Source of the DNA: the human T2T-CHM13v2.0 reference genome, Homo sapiens
DNA: 64,000 bases
Reading direction: 5' to 3' (one strand)
NCBI RefSeq assembly: GCF_009914755.1
Contig: NC_060925.1
The position numbers were made by a program, and so were the translations under genes. Shown here one piece after another: positions 26,216-41,081 of this stretch; the first letter of the stretch is position 1; every line of letters begins with the position of its first letter. The notes below the pieces were generated by a model. The model ran no database searches. It was not told the origin of the DNA and saw only the letters and a program-made list of their open reading frames with translations.

Positions 26216-27717
26216 AGTATAGACGGGACTTCTCTGTGATGGGGGGAGGCGCTCTGCAAATCCTGCCTCAAATGAACAAAATAACACTGAAAATAATATC
26301 AGAAGAATTTATTAAGAGCTCCTGAAATTGACCAAAGGCAACCAACAAACTGAAAAGTGCTTATTCAAGGAAAACTGCTGCACTTTGGATAGAAACAGTG
26401 AGAGTATGTGGTTTACTTACTTGAAGCTACTTCTGTGCCCTCTCCAGCTCAGTTGGCAAGGTGTTTCACAAGATCAGGGCTGGCCATGAAACCAGCAGCT
26501 TTTCTGTGGAAGGGAGCTACACTTTTTTGGAGGTATTTCCTGTAAAAGTAGAAAATGCAGAGGGAAATGAACAGAGAAAGCTCACAGCCCTGCCAGCCTT
26601 AGGTCACAGATTAGATCCTATTGGGATGAATGCCAGGTCAGAGGACTAGCGAGGAACTTGACTAGTGAGGAAATGACCCAATCTGAATAAATGTCTTTTG
26701 TCGTTTATTCTCTTTCTTTAAAAGAAAAAAATTGCACAATGCCTTAATTATAACACCATATTGTTGAGTTTATAACATACAGATGTAATATGCATTTGTA
26801 AAAAATGGCAGAAGAGGTGGAAAATGTAGGTATATTTAAGTAAAATAGCTATATTTTGGTGCAATTAAGTTATTTCTTTACCTGAAATTGAGTGTGATAA
26901 GGTACATATTATAATTCCAAGAGCAACCTTTCAGGTAATAACTCAAAAATATAATTAGAAAATTAACAGAAGAATTAAAATGGTACACTAAAAATTTTTG
27001 TTTGACATGAACACGGTGAAGGAGGAGCAGAGGGATTTAAAAGTTACAAGACATATTAGAAACAAATAAAAATGGCAGATAGAAATCCAGCATTTCAATA
27101 ATTACATTAAATGAGTTATAGACTTCCTCAATCAAGTTAAACTCAATTTTAAGAAACAAGGTTCAACTTATGCTGTTTACCAGAGACAAACTTTAAATTC
27201 AAGACACAGCTTGAAAGTAAAAATACAGAAATAGATATATCATGCAAACAGTAACCATGAGAGAGCTAAAGTGGCTATCTAATATCAGACAAAATAGACA
27301 AAAAGATAAGAAATATTTCTAGAGACAAAGAAGAATATACCATAGTGGTAAAAGGATCAATAAATTAGAAAACAATTATAAATATACAAACAACAAACAA
27401 TAAAGAGTAAAATATACAAAGAAAAAAATGACAGAATTGAAAGGAAAAATAAACAACTCAAAAATTAAAATTGAAAATATCAGTATCTCACTTTCTATAA
27501 TTGATAAAACAGCTAGAATAAAAATTAGCGAAGTTATAGAAGATTTATACAACACTATAACAAATATAACCTAACTGGCATTGACAGAACATACCACCCA
27601 ACTACAAAAGAATTCACATCCTTTTTAAGAACACATAAAATATTCTTCAGGATAAACCATATGCTATGAAAGAAAATAAATCCCAATAAACACAAAGGAT
27701 TGAAATTATTTCAGGTA

Positions 27718-28023
<306 letters not shown>

Positions 28024-28100
28024 TCAAGTATGCCCCCAAACCAAACCACAATGCAATTGAATTAAAAACCAATAACAGAAATAAAATTAAAGATAGCCCT

Positions 28101-28795
28101 GATCATTAAAAAGTCAGGAAACAACAGGTGCTGGAGAGGATGTGGAGAAATAGGAACACTTTTACACTGTTGGTGGGACTGTAAACTAGTTCAATCATGG
28201 TGGAAGACAGTGTGGCGATTCCTCAAGGATCTAGAACTAGAAATACCATTTGACCCAGCCATCCCATTACTGGGTATATACCCAAAGGATTATAAATCAT
28301 GCTGCCATAAAGACACATGCACACGTATGTTTATTGAGGCACTATTCATAATAGCAAAGACTTGGAACCAACCCAAATGTCCATCAATGATAGACTGGAT
28401 TAAGAAAATGTGGCACATATACACCATGGAATACTAAGCAGCCATGAAAAATGATGAGTTCATGTCCTTTGTAGGGACATGGATGAAGCTGGACACCATC
28501 ATTCTCAGCAAACTATTGCAAAGACAAAAAACCAAACACCGCATGTTCTCACTCACAGGTGGGAATTGAAAAATGAGAACACTTGGACACAGGAAGGGGA
28601 ACATCACATACCGGGGCCTGTAGTGGGGTGGGGGCAGGGGGGAGGGATAGCATTAGGAGATATACCTAATGTAAATGACGAGTTAATGGGTGCAGCACAC
28701 CAACATGGCACATGTATACCTATGTAACAAACCTGCACATTGTGCACATGTACCCTAGAACTCAAAGTATAATAAAATATATATATATATATAAA
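28101..28795 (+). mobile_element. 5'-truncated L1PA (PA4/PA5-like) 3' end
   Basis: ORF2 C-terminus (ORF 28210-28437) plus 3'UTR; TSD TAAAGATAG(C/T)CCT at 28088-28100 and 28796-28808. Confidence 0.92.
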
Positions 28796-31700
28796 TAAAG
28801 ATAGTCCTAAATATTTGGAAATTAAACAATACATTTCTAAATAACCCAAGGATCAAAGAAAAAATCATATCAGAAATTAGAAAATATTTTGCATTGAATG
28901 AAAGCAAAATCACAACATATTAAAATGTATGGGATACAGCTAAAGTTGTGCTTAGAGGAAAATCTGTTGCTTTAAACACAATATTAAGAAGCAAAAAGTT
29001 TTCAAATAAATGTGTTCACCATTTGAAACAAAATAAGAACAAGTTAAATGTAAAGTAAGTAGAAAAAAGGAAATAATAAAGATCAGAGTGGAAATCAATG
29101 AAATAGAAAAGAGAAAAACAATATAGAAAATAAATGAAACCAAAAGTTATGCCTAGAGAAAGATAAAAAAGAATTGATAAAACTTTAGGCTGACCAAGAT
29201 AAAATAAGAGAAGAAAAAAATTACCAAATTTGGGAATCAAAGAAGGGATATTACTACCATACCTACAAAAATTAAAAGAATCATAAAAGAATAGGAACAA
29301 GTTTGTGCCAACAAATCAGACAACTTAGATGAAATGGACAAATTCCAAGAAATCTACAAATTACAAAAATGACCTAAAGTAATAGAAAATCTGGGTAGAT
29401 CTATTATAAGGAAATAAAGTGAATTAGTAATTTAAAATCTTACCAGAATCTAAAACCTAGGCTTAGATGGCTTCACTGGTGAATTATTTCAAATATTTAA
29501 AGAAAAAGTCCAATTCTACACAAACTTTCTTCAAAAATAAAAGAGAAGGAAACACTTCCAAATTCATTTGATGAAGCAGGTATTACTCAAAGGCAGTGAT
29601 TACCTTACAATTTTTTAATGTACAGAATAAACTTCTTCATGAACATAGACACAAATATTATTTACAAAATATTGAACTGAATACAAGAACATAAAAAATA
29701 ATTCTACAACATGATCAAATGGGATTTATTCCAGGAATGCATGGTTGTATATAATTTGAAAATTGATTAATGTAATTCACTAAATTATAGAATAAAAACA
29801 AAAACCACATGATAATCTCAGTAGACACAGAAGAAAACCTGTTTGACAAAATTTACTCCTCATTTATGATAGAAGCTCTCAACAAAAATAGTTAGAGAAA
29901 AGATCTGCCTCAACCAGAATAAAAAGGCATCTACGAAAAAATTCAAAAAATTCCAGCTGTGTCATACTTAATGGTAAATGCCTGAATACATTCTGTCTAA
30001 GATCAGGAACAAGACAAAGATGTTCATTGTCACTGTTTATCTTCAACATTATATTGGAGTTTTTAGCTGATGAAATAAAACAGAAAAAGAAATAATAGCT
30101 ATCCATATTGAATATATTGAATAGGAAGAAATGAAACTATCTTCTTATCTAGATTACATGATGATCTGTAGTATCAAATCTGGTGGCATCTGCAAAAAAG
30201 CTGATAGAAGAGTTTAACAAGTTTGCAGGATACAAGATCATTGTACAAAAAATTAATTATATTTCTATGTATTATGAGTCAATAATTAGAAAATGAAACT
30301 AAGAAAACACTTTCTTTAATAATAATTTCAAAAAATAAAATACTTGGAAATAATTTTAACAGAAGAAGCACAAGGTACACAAAAAATTATAGATAATTGC
30401 TGAGAGCAATTGAAAATTGAAATAAATAAAGATTCCATATTCATGGTTTAGAAGACTCAATTTGTGAAGATAATAACTCTCCTAATATTGAATCTATAGT
30501 TTCAATGCAATTCTAATATAAACACTAGCAGATTTTATTGTAGAAAATGACAAGCTGTTCCTAAAATTTATATGGAAATACTAAGGACCCAGAATAGCAA
30601 AGACAAGTTTGAAAGAGAAGACTAAAGTTTGACAAGTCACACTACCTGTTTGCAATACTTATAAATTTCTATTAATCGAGGCAGTTAGCATAGCTGAAAT
30701 AATAAACATATGAATCAATGGGGCAGAATAGAGATTCTAGAAATAGACCCATATGTCTATGGTCAAATGATTACTTAGAAAGGTACCAAAGGAATTTAAT
30801 GAAAAATAAATAATCTTTTTCATTATTAGTGTGGAATAATTATACATCTATACCCAAAAAAAGAATAAAAAGGATATTGAACCATACCTCAACCAAAATT
30901 ATCTCAAAATGGATCATAGATCTAAATATAAAACCTAAACCTATGAAAGTTCTAGAAGCACACAGAAGAGTCATTGTGACGTTGCATCAGGCAAAATCTT
31001 AGACACAAAAATCATGAATCAGAAGATAAAAAAGGCTTCCTCAAGTAAAAATAAATCTGAAAGACACTGGGAAGAAAAAATAATTCACAGCATGGAAAAT
31101 AATTGCAAATTATACATCTGATAAAATTATGTAAGGGGCTCTTAAAATTCAATAATAAAATAATTCATTAAAAATAAGCAAATGATTTGAAAAGATGCTT
31201 CACTAAAATTAGATACAGTTAGCAAATAAACAAATGAAAAGGTGATCAACATTATTTATTAGGCAATTTCATATTAAAACCACAATTATATCCCAGTACC
31301 TCCTATTGAATGCTGAAGTGGATATAGGGCATCTGAAAGTTTCATACACTACTAGTGGAAACGCAAAATAGTTCAGCCACTTAGGAAAACACTTCGGCAG
31401 TTTCTAATAAAGTTAAATATAAACTACTATACAACTCATCAATCTCTCAGCTATTTATTTACTCAAGAGAAATAAAGATACACATTTATACAAAAACCTG
31501 TATGAGAATATCTAAACATCTAGATAGCGCTATTGACATTTACCAGAAACTGGGGGAAAATAACCAAATGTCCATCAGCTGGTGAATGGATAAACAAAAC
31601 TGTGATGGTTCTATCCACACAATGTAATACTCTTTACATTGAGTGTTTACAATGTAAGATTCTTTTTATATGTTCATATAATTTATTACTTTTTATTGCT

Positions 31701-32444
31701 TTTTACTTTATTGCCCAGCATTGGACCAACTGGCAAAAGAGAAACATAAATACAATGTAAACATAAAAATGCATAAATAATAAATACTAGATGTGTGCTC
31801 ATTAACACATCTCTGTTACATACAGCTGTAGTTTATCACAAAGTGGCTTTTGTTTTTCATTTTTCTCATATTCTAGCTTGGAATTCCTATAGTGAGGTTT
31901 GTGGCTGATACCTATGAATGCCCAGAACCCCTGTAAAGTTGCTTTGTTGTTCTTGCAAAGCATAAGTTCTGGCACCAGATCCTCTGGATTTCTACCAATA
32001 TTTCACTGAGCAAATATACTAACTAATACTGGTAGCACTGACAATGACTTGATGTTGTACATTCTTTTCTGATCAAGAGAAAAGAATACATGTATTCTAC
32101 TCTTGTGTTGGATTCTATAATACACATCTTAAAATAGAGAAGTTGCATACTGATCCCTTCACCACATGTAGCCTATTTCATATATACTTATAGCTCATTT
32201 TCCTGGCCATCACATAAGAACCTGGGGCCTAGCCAAACAATCATCAGAGTGACTTAATTATTCTGTGCAAATTGAATACACACTCTAGTGAATGAAGCTT
32301 AATTTTTAGATAAACCTCATTTTCTTCAGCCCTTTTATGCCTCACAATAAATATTAAGGCAAGAGCCATTTTCCTCCTCATTAGAATAGACTCTTGAATG
32401 ACCTGCCCCAATCAGTCCTTGAAACATACCTAAAAGTATATATA

Positions 32445-32599
32445 TTTTTTGAGACAAGGTCTTGTTTTCTGTCACCCAGGCTGGAGTGCAGTGGCATGAT
32501 CACAATTCACCGAAGCCTCAATTTACATGACTCGAGCCATCCTCCCACCTCAGCCTCCCAAAGTGCTAGGATTACAGGTATGAATCACTCTATCAGGGC
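32445..32599 (-). mobile_element. Alu monomer (FRAM/FAM-like)
   Basis: About 150 bp single arm running from gagacaaggtc...ctggagtgcagtgg directly into cagcctcccaaagtgctaggattacagg. Confidence 0.75.
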
Positions 32600-33634
32600 A
32601 GAAATATTTTAATCCTACAAAAAACATAGCTTTGGCTCAAATTGAAATCACAGTTATATTAATAAAAGTGTATATTTACTACCTGCCAAGCACCAAAGTT
32701 GCAAAGATGCCTCAAATGTTTTCTTCTAAGTCTTTATCTTCCAATAATAAAATCATATAAATACATATATAAAATAAAATAACAAGTGATTAAATTGAGG
32801 TATTATAGAGTATAGCAAAAACACAAAGGAATCATTGGTCATATATATATTTTTTGCTGGGAAAAGAGATTAGAAAAAGCTTAATAGAGTGATTGGAAGG
32901 GAAAGGACAAGAAGGAGATTTCTTACATGAGGAGCAGATGAGCAATTCATGAAGGTGTAATAAAACAGATCGCTTTTAATAGAAACCCTACATAGTATAT
33001 TATGATTTAGGGTATTTGAGGCAGGTATAATGAGGAATAAATGCAATGAGAAAAGTAGGAGCAGGATCAGGAAGATCCTTTGAGCAAAATTACTTTAAAA
33101 CTAGATTGTATAATTATGAGTTTTTTGCACTTCTCCTTTGCCTCTCTACATGTTGTAAACTGAATAAATGCATAAAAAAGCTTATAAGTGAAAATAGGCA
33201 TATCTATTGAGATACACAGACCCAAAAGAAAATCAGGAAATAGGCTTTGCTCCAAGATTTTATTCCTGCTCTAATGCAAGCTAATTTCACAATCTTCATC
33301 CTCAGGATGTAAATAAATAGAAGTAGATTTATCTTAATGATGATATTTGTAGCCTCATTTTGGCTTTTTGACTTGCTCATATGTGAATATTTCTTAGAAA
33401 TGGACAGCAATTGTTATTTGTTTTCACCAGGCTCATTCACTTGCTAAGGTTTAGGCCTATTCAATTATTCTTTTCTCTCTAGACTTTCTACATTAGAAGC
33501 ACACTTGCATAGGGTTGGTAATTTTCCATGTATGAAACATTTAAAGCAGGCATTTTCTCTCATCTCTCTTTTGTTAAGATGAATGGTAAGTTTAAGTGTA
33601 TTCAGTTTTTGCTTCTTAAAAATAATATAAAATA

Positions 33635-33950
33635 GGCTGGGCATGGTGGCTCACTCCTGTAATCTGAGCATTTTGGGAGGCTGAGTCAGGCAGATTGCTT
33701 GATCCCAGGACTACCAGACCAGCCTGGGAAACATAGCCAAACTCCCATCTCTATAAAAAACTACAAAAAATTAGCCAGGCATGGTGGCATGCACCTGTAG
33801 TCCCAGCTACTTGGAAGCCTGAGGTAGGGGAATACCTTGAGCCTGGGAGGTAGAGGTTACAGTGAGCCAAGATGGTGCCGCTGTGCCCCAGCCTGAGTGA
33901 AAGAGTGAGACCCTGTCTCCAAAAATTAAAAATAAAAAATAAATAATAAA
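33635..33950 (+). mobile_element. AluJ
   Basis: Dimeric Alu with J-type features (ttgcttga...cagcctggg.aacatag, gagaccctgtctc) and an A-rich tail. Confidence 0.9.
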
Positions 33951-34325
33951 TGGAAAAATAATAATATAAACTAATGCCATGCACATAGCAATGATGGTAG
34001 TGTGTCATGAACTAAAGCTGACAACAAATCCAATTTTACTCTGAGATTTTCAAACATGTAGTGTTATTTTGTTCCACTGATCAGAACACTTCAATGGCTT
34101 CTGATCTCATTCAGAATAAAAACTAAAGTCTCTACAAGCTCCTACAGGATATAGACCCTAACTAATTCTCTGATTTTGTACATCACTATTTATTCACTCC
34201 CTTCAGCACACTCTGGCGTCTTTGCTATTCCTCAGGCACACCAAGCATGCTCCCGCCTTGCCATTTTTAGTCTTGCTGCATACTCTGCTTAAAATTCTGT
34301 TTTTCAAAAAGCCCTATATAAAATG

Positions 34326-34427
34326 ACACACCTATCTACAAACATAAAACAACACACCTATCTACAAATGTAAAAAAACACACCTATCTATAAACATAAA
34401 ACAACACACCTATCTACAAACATAAAA
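34326..34427. repeat. 26-bp minisatellite, about 3.9 copies
   Basis: Unit ACACACCTATCTACAAACATAAAACA starting at 34326, 34352, 34378 and 34404. Confidence 0.95.
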
Positions 34428-37400
34428 TTTTTGCAATGACATTCCATCTTCTTGACCTTGTCAACCCTCACTCTGGTAACTAAAATTCTGCCTACAATTC
34501 CTTTACCTGCTATTCAGAAATTTATGCCATTGAGGTTAATTTACCATCTTCCTTAACAAAAATAATGACAGGGGTAAGTTTTTGCCCCTGCCCAAACTTT
34601 AAATATTCACTGAACATTGAAAGACAGGGCTTCAAGAAGGAAATGTGTTTGGATGGAGAATGTGTATAAGTGGGAGGAAGTTGAGGGCAATGACATGATT
34701 AAATGTCAATATGAAATGTGCAAGGTGTTCAGGAGCCATTTGGCTAGAGCAATGGATTTATGTATGATTACAGTGATGAATAAGGCCACAATATCAAGTT
34801 GAGGCTCTGCATGAGGCAAAAGTTTTTCAATGGTTCAAATAGGCAGAACTAGAAGATACAGGGACCAGCCCTCTGTGTGTCTGTTTATGTCTGTGTTCAG
34901 TTGTGTATATGGATCTTTAATGTGGACTAAAGGTAGTCCACAATATGGACTATCTTTCCTATTAATTCATCCTTCTACTCTCTTTTTTCTTAAAGAACAA
35001 AAAAAGTGATGAAGCTTTTAGCTTTACATTCCTGAAAATTTTGATAGGCTTATTTTGTTTTATTTCAGCATTCCCATTACTTGAGAAATAAACAGTCATT
35101 TACTTCATCTGTGGGGTTGCTAACTCTCCTCCACATAGAGTATAAACATTTATGTAGCTGCTGTGTGATTGACTGAGAACTCCTTATCCTGTGTGAAACA
35201 TGATGCAGCACTCCTACTCAGAGTATTTTGTTTGCTCTGTCTATTCTGGAATAAGAACTAGAGTTCATGTATTTGTTTATTTTTAAAATACATTTTTTTA
35301 TAAAATCCCCAATTTTCTTATGAGTTGGAGCCATTAATAAGAGTAAAATCAACAGAGCCTAGCTATATAAATTCTGTCTAATAGGGCCCTTTCCATCCAG
35401 AGGAGAAGGTGAAAAAACAAGAATTTGGCTTATTTTGTGGCTTGCAAGTTAGGAAACGAAGGCTTTGTTGACATAGGAAAGGAAGGGAAGCCCCAAGCCC
35501 GGGCCTCCCTAAGGGAAATATCTTGTTGCTTCCTGGGGTCTGGCTTCCTGCAGCTGCCAAGTTGTTAACACAAGTGCTGCTGTTCATATCTGTTGGCTCA
35601 TACGAGTGTGGGAGATGGGGGAGTAGGGGGTGGAAGGAGATGGTTGGAAGGTGATCAGAAGTGGAGGTTGAAGCCTGAGTTCATCTCTAAGTGTTAATGC
35701 AGCTAAGTACTCTCCAGAGTCTCTCATAGCTCATTATGCTTCTAGTTAAGAAACTCTTGTCAGAGAAGTAGTAGCTGTAGCCCATGGACTGCTCCCTTCT
35801 CTGTGACAAGTGGAATTAAGAGGCTGTCCCAGCAACCAGATGGGAGCAGAGAGGCTTGCATGTAGCCACAGACATGGAAGGAATCAGTTCCCAGGTGGCC
35901 TTACGTGGTTACTATCATTTCAACTAAGCTACATTATCCAAGGCAGAGAAAGCTAACTTTCTCTCTATCTGTCAATCTCTCTCTCTCCCTAAACATATGT
36001 ATATATGTATATACACACACATGCATATATTACATTATATATTGTATATATTTAGTAGTTATTTTTGTACCAATAACCCACCTAGTAGAAAATAAGCTTG
36101 GCTGTGAGATTTGTCCCTTTTGTGCTATCTTAGAAAATGAGGAGGGAATGGGAAGGAAATGAATGGAAAGAAGGAATATACACACCCAGGAATCTGCCTG
36201 GTAATGGCAATAGGGAAAAAGGAAACTCAAATTAAATGAATTTGGATTGGGAGAGCAAAAATCCTGGGACTGTGGAACAAATAGTGCTTTTCCGACCTAT
36301 AAACTATCACACACAAACGAAAACAAAACAAAACCCTAAGTACTCAGATAGTGCGAGGCCACAGTTCCTGGCATGATGCCTGACACCTGGCAGTCTCTGA
36401 ACAAGTGTTAATCTTTCCTTGTCCCTTCTCTTGTACACTAGTATGCATGAGTATGTCTCCAAAAATAAATACGTGTAATGCATAAAATTCAAATTTATAC
36501 AACAGATATATCAGATGCTTATTATTTATGTTATAAAAGTATTTTTGCTTTCTTTAGCAAATTGATTAATACATTTGAACTATCATTCAACTTACAAGGG
36601 TCTGATTTGCACATATTTCAGGAACACACCAGCTACACGAAGTGAGGCAGATCTATAGATGTTTTCCAAATGCGAGTAAATCTAATTTTGGTTAGTTGAA
36701 TCCGATATTAAATTTCCTTGGAGAATAGGTTATTTGAAAGGGCCCCAAGGTGAATTCTTTTAGTAAAGCATAAACTCTTTTTGAATGGTGAAAAATTTGT
36801 GAAAAACTTGATGACAAGTCTCCCTGGCCAGAAAGAAGTGCTTGTCAGTTTTCCCAAGAGTGGAGTCTAGGCAAAGTTCAGGAAGCAGCTAGGAAAGGTA
36901 AAGGAAAGAACAGGTTACGGGAGGGAGTGGGCAGATCATCAAGCAAATCTGTATGGATTTCTAACCTGAGCTACAAGATGGATATACAATTTCCAGACAC
37001 AGAATCATGCACACATGTATTGTTTATTCTTCAGCCCTTGACATTGGGTTTTCCTGATGCGTGTACTACCTGCATTTTAGAAACTGAAAATGCAGTGTTG
37101 ACTAAATCTGGAGATAACACTACATGTGAAGGCAAGATAAATGAAACATTAAACTTTGAAAAAAGATGAGGGAACCCACAGGAGTGTGTAGATTAAGAAA
37201 AAAGAGAAGAAGGGAAGCCAAACCTCTGGGAATCACCAACAGTTAAAGCATGCTAAAGGAAAAGCAGACTGAGGAGAGGAGAGTGTGGTAATGCAGGATG
37301 AAAGTAAAGAGAGACTTTTAAGGAGAGAGTAGTCAACTAGGTTAATTGTGGCAGGTAAGTAAAGTTATGTAAAGTCTAAGGGGTGTCCTTTAAGCTTAGC

Positions 37401-37547
37401 AATAATGAGATCCTTGGAGACTGTTAAAAGACTAGTTTAGTGTGGCAGGAAGATGGACATAGGAATAGTTGACCCATGTCTCTCAAACATCAGCTGTTTC
37501 AGAGAAGCAATGATAACCAACTGGTGGCACATAAAGACTAGATTCTG

Positions 37548-37855
37548 GGCCTGGGCACAGTGGCTCACATTATCTCAGTAATTTGGGAGGCCAATGCGGA
37601 AAGATCACTTAAGACCAGGATTTCAAGACCAGCCAGGATAACACAGCGAGACCTCATCACTACAAAAATTTAAAAAATTCACTGCATGTGGTGGCACACG
37701 CCTGTAGTCCTAGCTACTCAGAAGGCTGAGGTGGGAGGAGTGCTTGAGTCCAGGAGTTCAAGGTTACAGTGAGATATGATAGTGCTGCTACTTTCCAGCC
37801 TGGGTGTCAGAGCAAGACCCTGTATCTAAAAAAATAAAATAAAATAAAATAAAAT
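37548..37855 (+). mobile_element. AluJ (Jo/Jr-like)
   Basis: Right arm caggagttcaaggttacagtgagatatgat; (AAAAT)n tail. Confidence 0.9.
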
Positions 37856-39619
37856 GGATTTCCTTGGATAACCTGAAGACAAGATAATACAGTTCTGTCT
37901 AAGAGAAGAGCAATATGCTCAGATATACCAGACAAGAGTGGGCAAAGATGTTTTGTTGTGGTAAATACAGAGATAACTATGTATTCTTGACTTAATGAAG
38001 CATATCAACTTGCCTGCAAAGAAGTGTCCTTGCAAGTAAATTTTAGACTTTTCTCAGAAAACGTTCTGAATCTCTTAGTGTTATTCCAAATCCTGGTGAT
38101 ATTATGATAACCTGAGACTATTTGTAGACAACACTGAGTTCTAGTCTCCTCCACAGTTTCTATGTCCTTTATGCTTAGGAATTTCTAAACCTTTATTAAT
38201 TGTATGTATGCATATGTGGTTTATTCATTTGCCATCCATTTATCCAACAAACACTTATTGAAAGAAATCACTAATCTTTAGCACTAGCGGAGATAACCAG
38301 GTTGAGTAAGACATGTAACTAAAAAACCTGCTAGATAAAATGAAGTATCAGACAATTTAGGATAGATTTAAATACAAGTTATAAGACCAATACAAGCAAA
38401 TTGTTAGAAGAATGTAAACAAAACAAAGATTATATCTGATGCAGGGTGTGGGGGCTGATTCCAAAGGTTTCAAGTAAGAAAGTGTGTTAAGATGCCCTTG
38501 AAGTTTCCTGGTCTCTCACTATTCTCACACATCCTGTTTCTCAAATCTTTAAATTATTTACAGCTCTTCTTTGAAATCACTTTCCATGCTTTTCAAATCC
38601 CATAGAGTCCAATACCTGACCTGCTGTAAATGCAAAAATGAATGTCTAAGTGTTCCCAAGTGAATGTGACATCTTATAGTGTTTGGTGGGCAATGGTGTG
38701 TGGAAATACAGTTAGATTCTCTGTCCTATGACAATGAATGCAATGGACTGTGTTTAAGGTCAGAATACATGATGCTTCTGTATCATGATGGATGGGCAGC
38801 AACAGTTTGCTCCTGGCCTCCCAGTCATGCTGGGAGAATTTCCAGACAGCACCTCCAAGAGTGAGCATATCCTGTTTCAGCCTGCAAAGGTATCACCATT
38901 AATACAAAAAGAGCTGACAACCAAAAGGTGATACAAAACTGCCCAGCGTGGCTTGGGAAGCCAGGAAAGTTGATTAACTGTTATTTCCTGATCTATAAAT
39001 CATCAATTTCAAACCTCTTGGTGTACTTTCCATAAAATATTGCCTGTGGGCCTTTGTTATAAAAGAGCATCTCATTTTTTACAATGACCTTATAAATAAT
39101 AATTAATATGGTACAATGAAAGAGTATCCTGTTATAAACCATGCAAAAATAGGGTAGCATATTTAACTGCTTTGATAGTTAAGAAACATGCTACACATGT
39201 GTATGCCTGTATGTCCTAAGAAGCACTTTATTAAGGTTTCCCATCTTAGAATATTCATTTCCATTAGTTTGCCAATAAAGTTATTATGCATTCATAGGAG
39301 AAGGAAGATCTTCTCTTTCTCAATTGCCTCTCCTTAAGGACTAAAAATAAGTATTCCTACAAAAATAAAAGAGATTATGTATGTAAAATACTTTCAAGTT
39401 ATACTTTTATATGTATCATATCATTTAATTTACATAATCAGTGAGGTAGGTATCATTACCTCTACTTAAAAGGAGAGGAAAGTAAGATTCAAAGAAAGTA
39501 AGTAACTTTTTAAAGGTCTCAGTGCTGATAAATGACAGAAAGAGACTATCTTACAGGAGTTATGATTTTTAGTGGCTTTCTGTAATATCATTATTGTTTA
39601 TTGAGGATGATTATTTTAC

Positions 39620-39778
39620 TAAAGGTAAGATTCATGAACCAGTAACACTGCCATCTTCTAGGAGCTTGTTAGAAATTCAGAATCTCAAACGCTTCTTCCA
39701 CACTAACTAAATCAGAATCTGCATTATTATAAGGTTAACATGTGATCTACATGTACATTAAAATTTAAGAAGGAATGA
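39620..39778. mobile_element. MER5-family DNA transposon
   Basis: ggagcttgttagaaattcagaatctca...aatcagaatctgcatt...gtacattaaaatttaagaag. Confidence 0.65.
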
Positions 39779-40750
39779 AATTTATTATTTCATTCAATTA
39801 CTCAGCATATGTTTATTAGGCTCCTACTAATTAATATTTACTGAATAAGTCTGATTTGATAAGTTTGATAATAGTTGCAAATTTAGCATAGTAGATGTTA
39901 CTACAGTTTTGGTACATTTATATAGATACCTGCTTGCTGAATGATTTTTATTGACTTCATAGGTCATATTAGTCAAACAAGTAGTTGATTGAAAAACTAG
40001 TTGCTCTATTTTTCCAGTGAATTGTCACTAGCACAATTGGTTAAAAGGTGAAAATGCCATTATATTATTACTTTTCTTTAATGATTTATAGGTCTATTTC
40101 ACCCACTACACAGAAGGCCATTGGACAGAGGCCATAGTTTGTAGCCTTCAGAACTCAACTCTAGATTCACCATTGAGCAGATGCTCAAAAGGGTTAAAAT
40201 CAATTATTTACAAATGAGTAATTTTGGAGGATTACAGCATTATCCCAGCTATTGTTTGCATAATTTCCTTCCATTTAACTTATTTTAGGAATTAGTTTGC
40301 TTTCTTGAAAAAAAATCACTGAGTTGATTTTCTCTTGATTTCTGTATTTAGGACACAACTAAAAAGTCTGCTGATTGCTGCTGTCACTGATTATGGCTTC
40401 CGATTATTTAAGTAACAATTCATTTTTCTGGGACTTTGAAAAGGGAGATTAAAAGAGGTAATTAATAAAGTGTATTAAAAACTGGCAGATATCATGTAGG
40501 AGACATTAAATTAGAAATGAAGGTAGGTTCCAGAAACCTGGGGAAAAAAATAGAATCAGAATTGGAATACTGCCTCAAGGGATGTAACTGATTTAGGTCT
40601 TGAGCTTATTGTTCTTTATTAATAGCGGTGTTTCTCTGGAGGACACTAGATGCTTTTCCTTTCTCTCTTTTTTCACTACTTATTTAACTATTTTATCTTA
40701 TAATCCAGTCATCTCTTTCTATTCAGAACTCATGGACCAAATGCAGTTTT

Positions 40751-41081
<331 letters not shown>

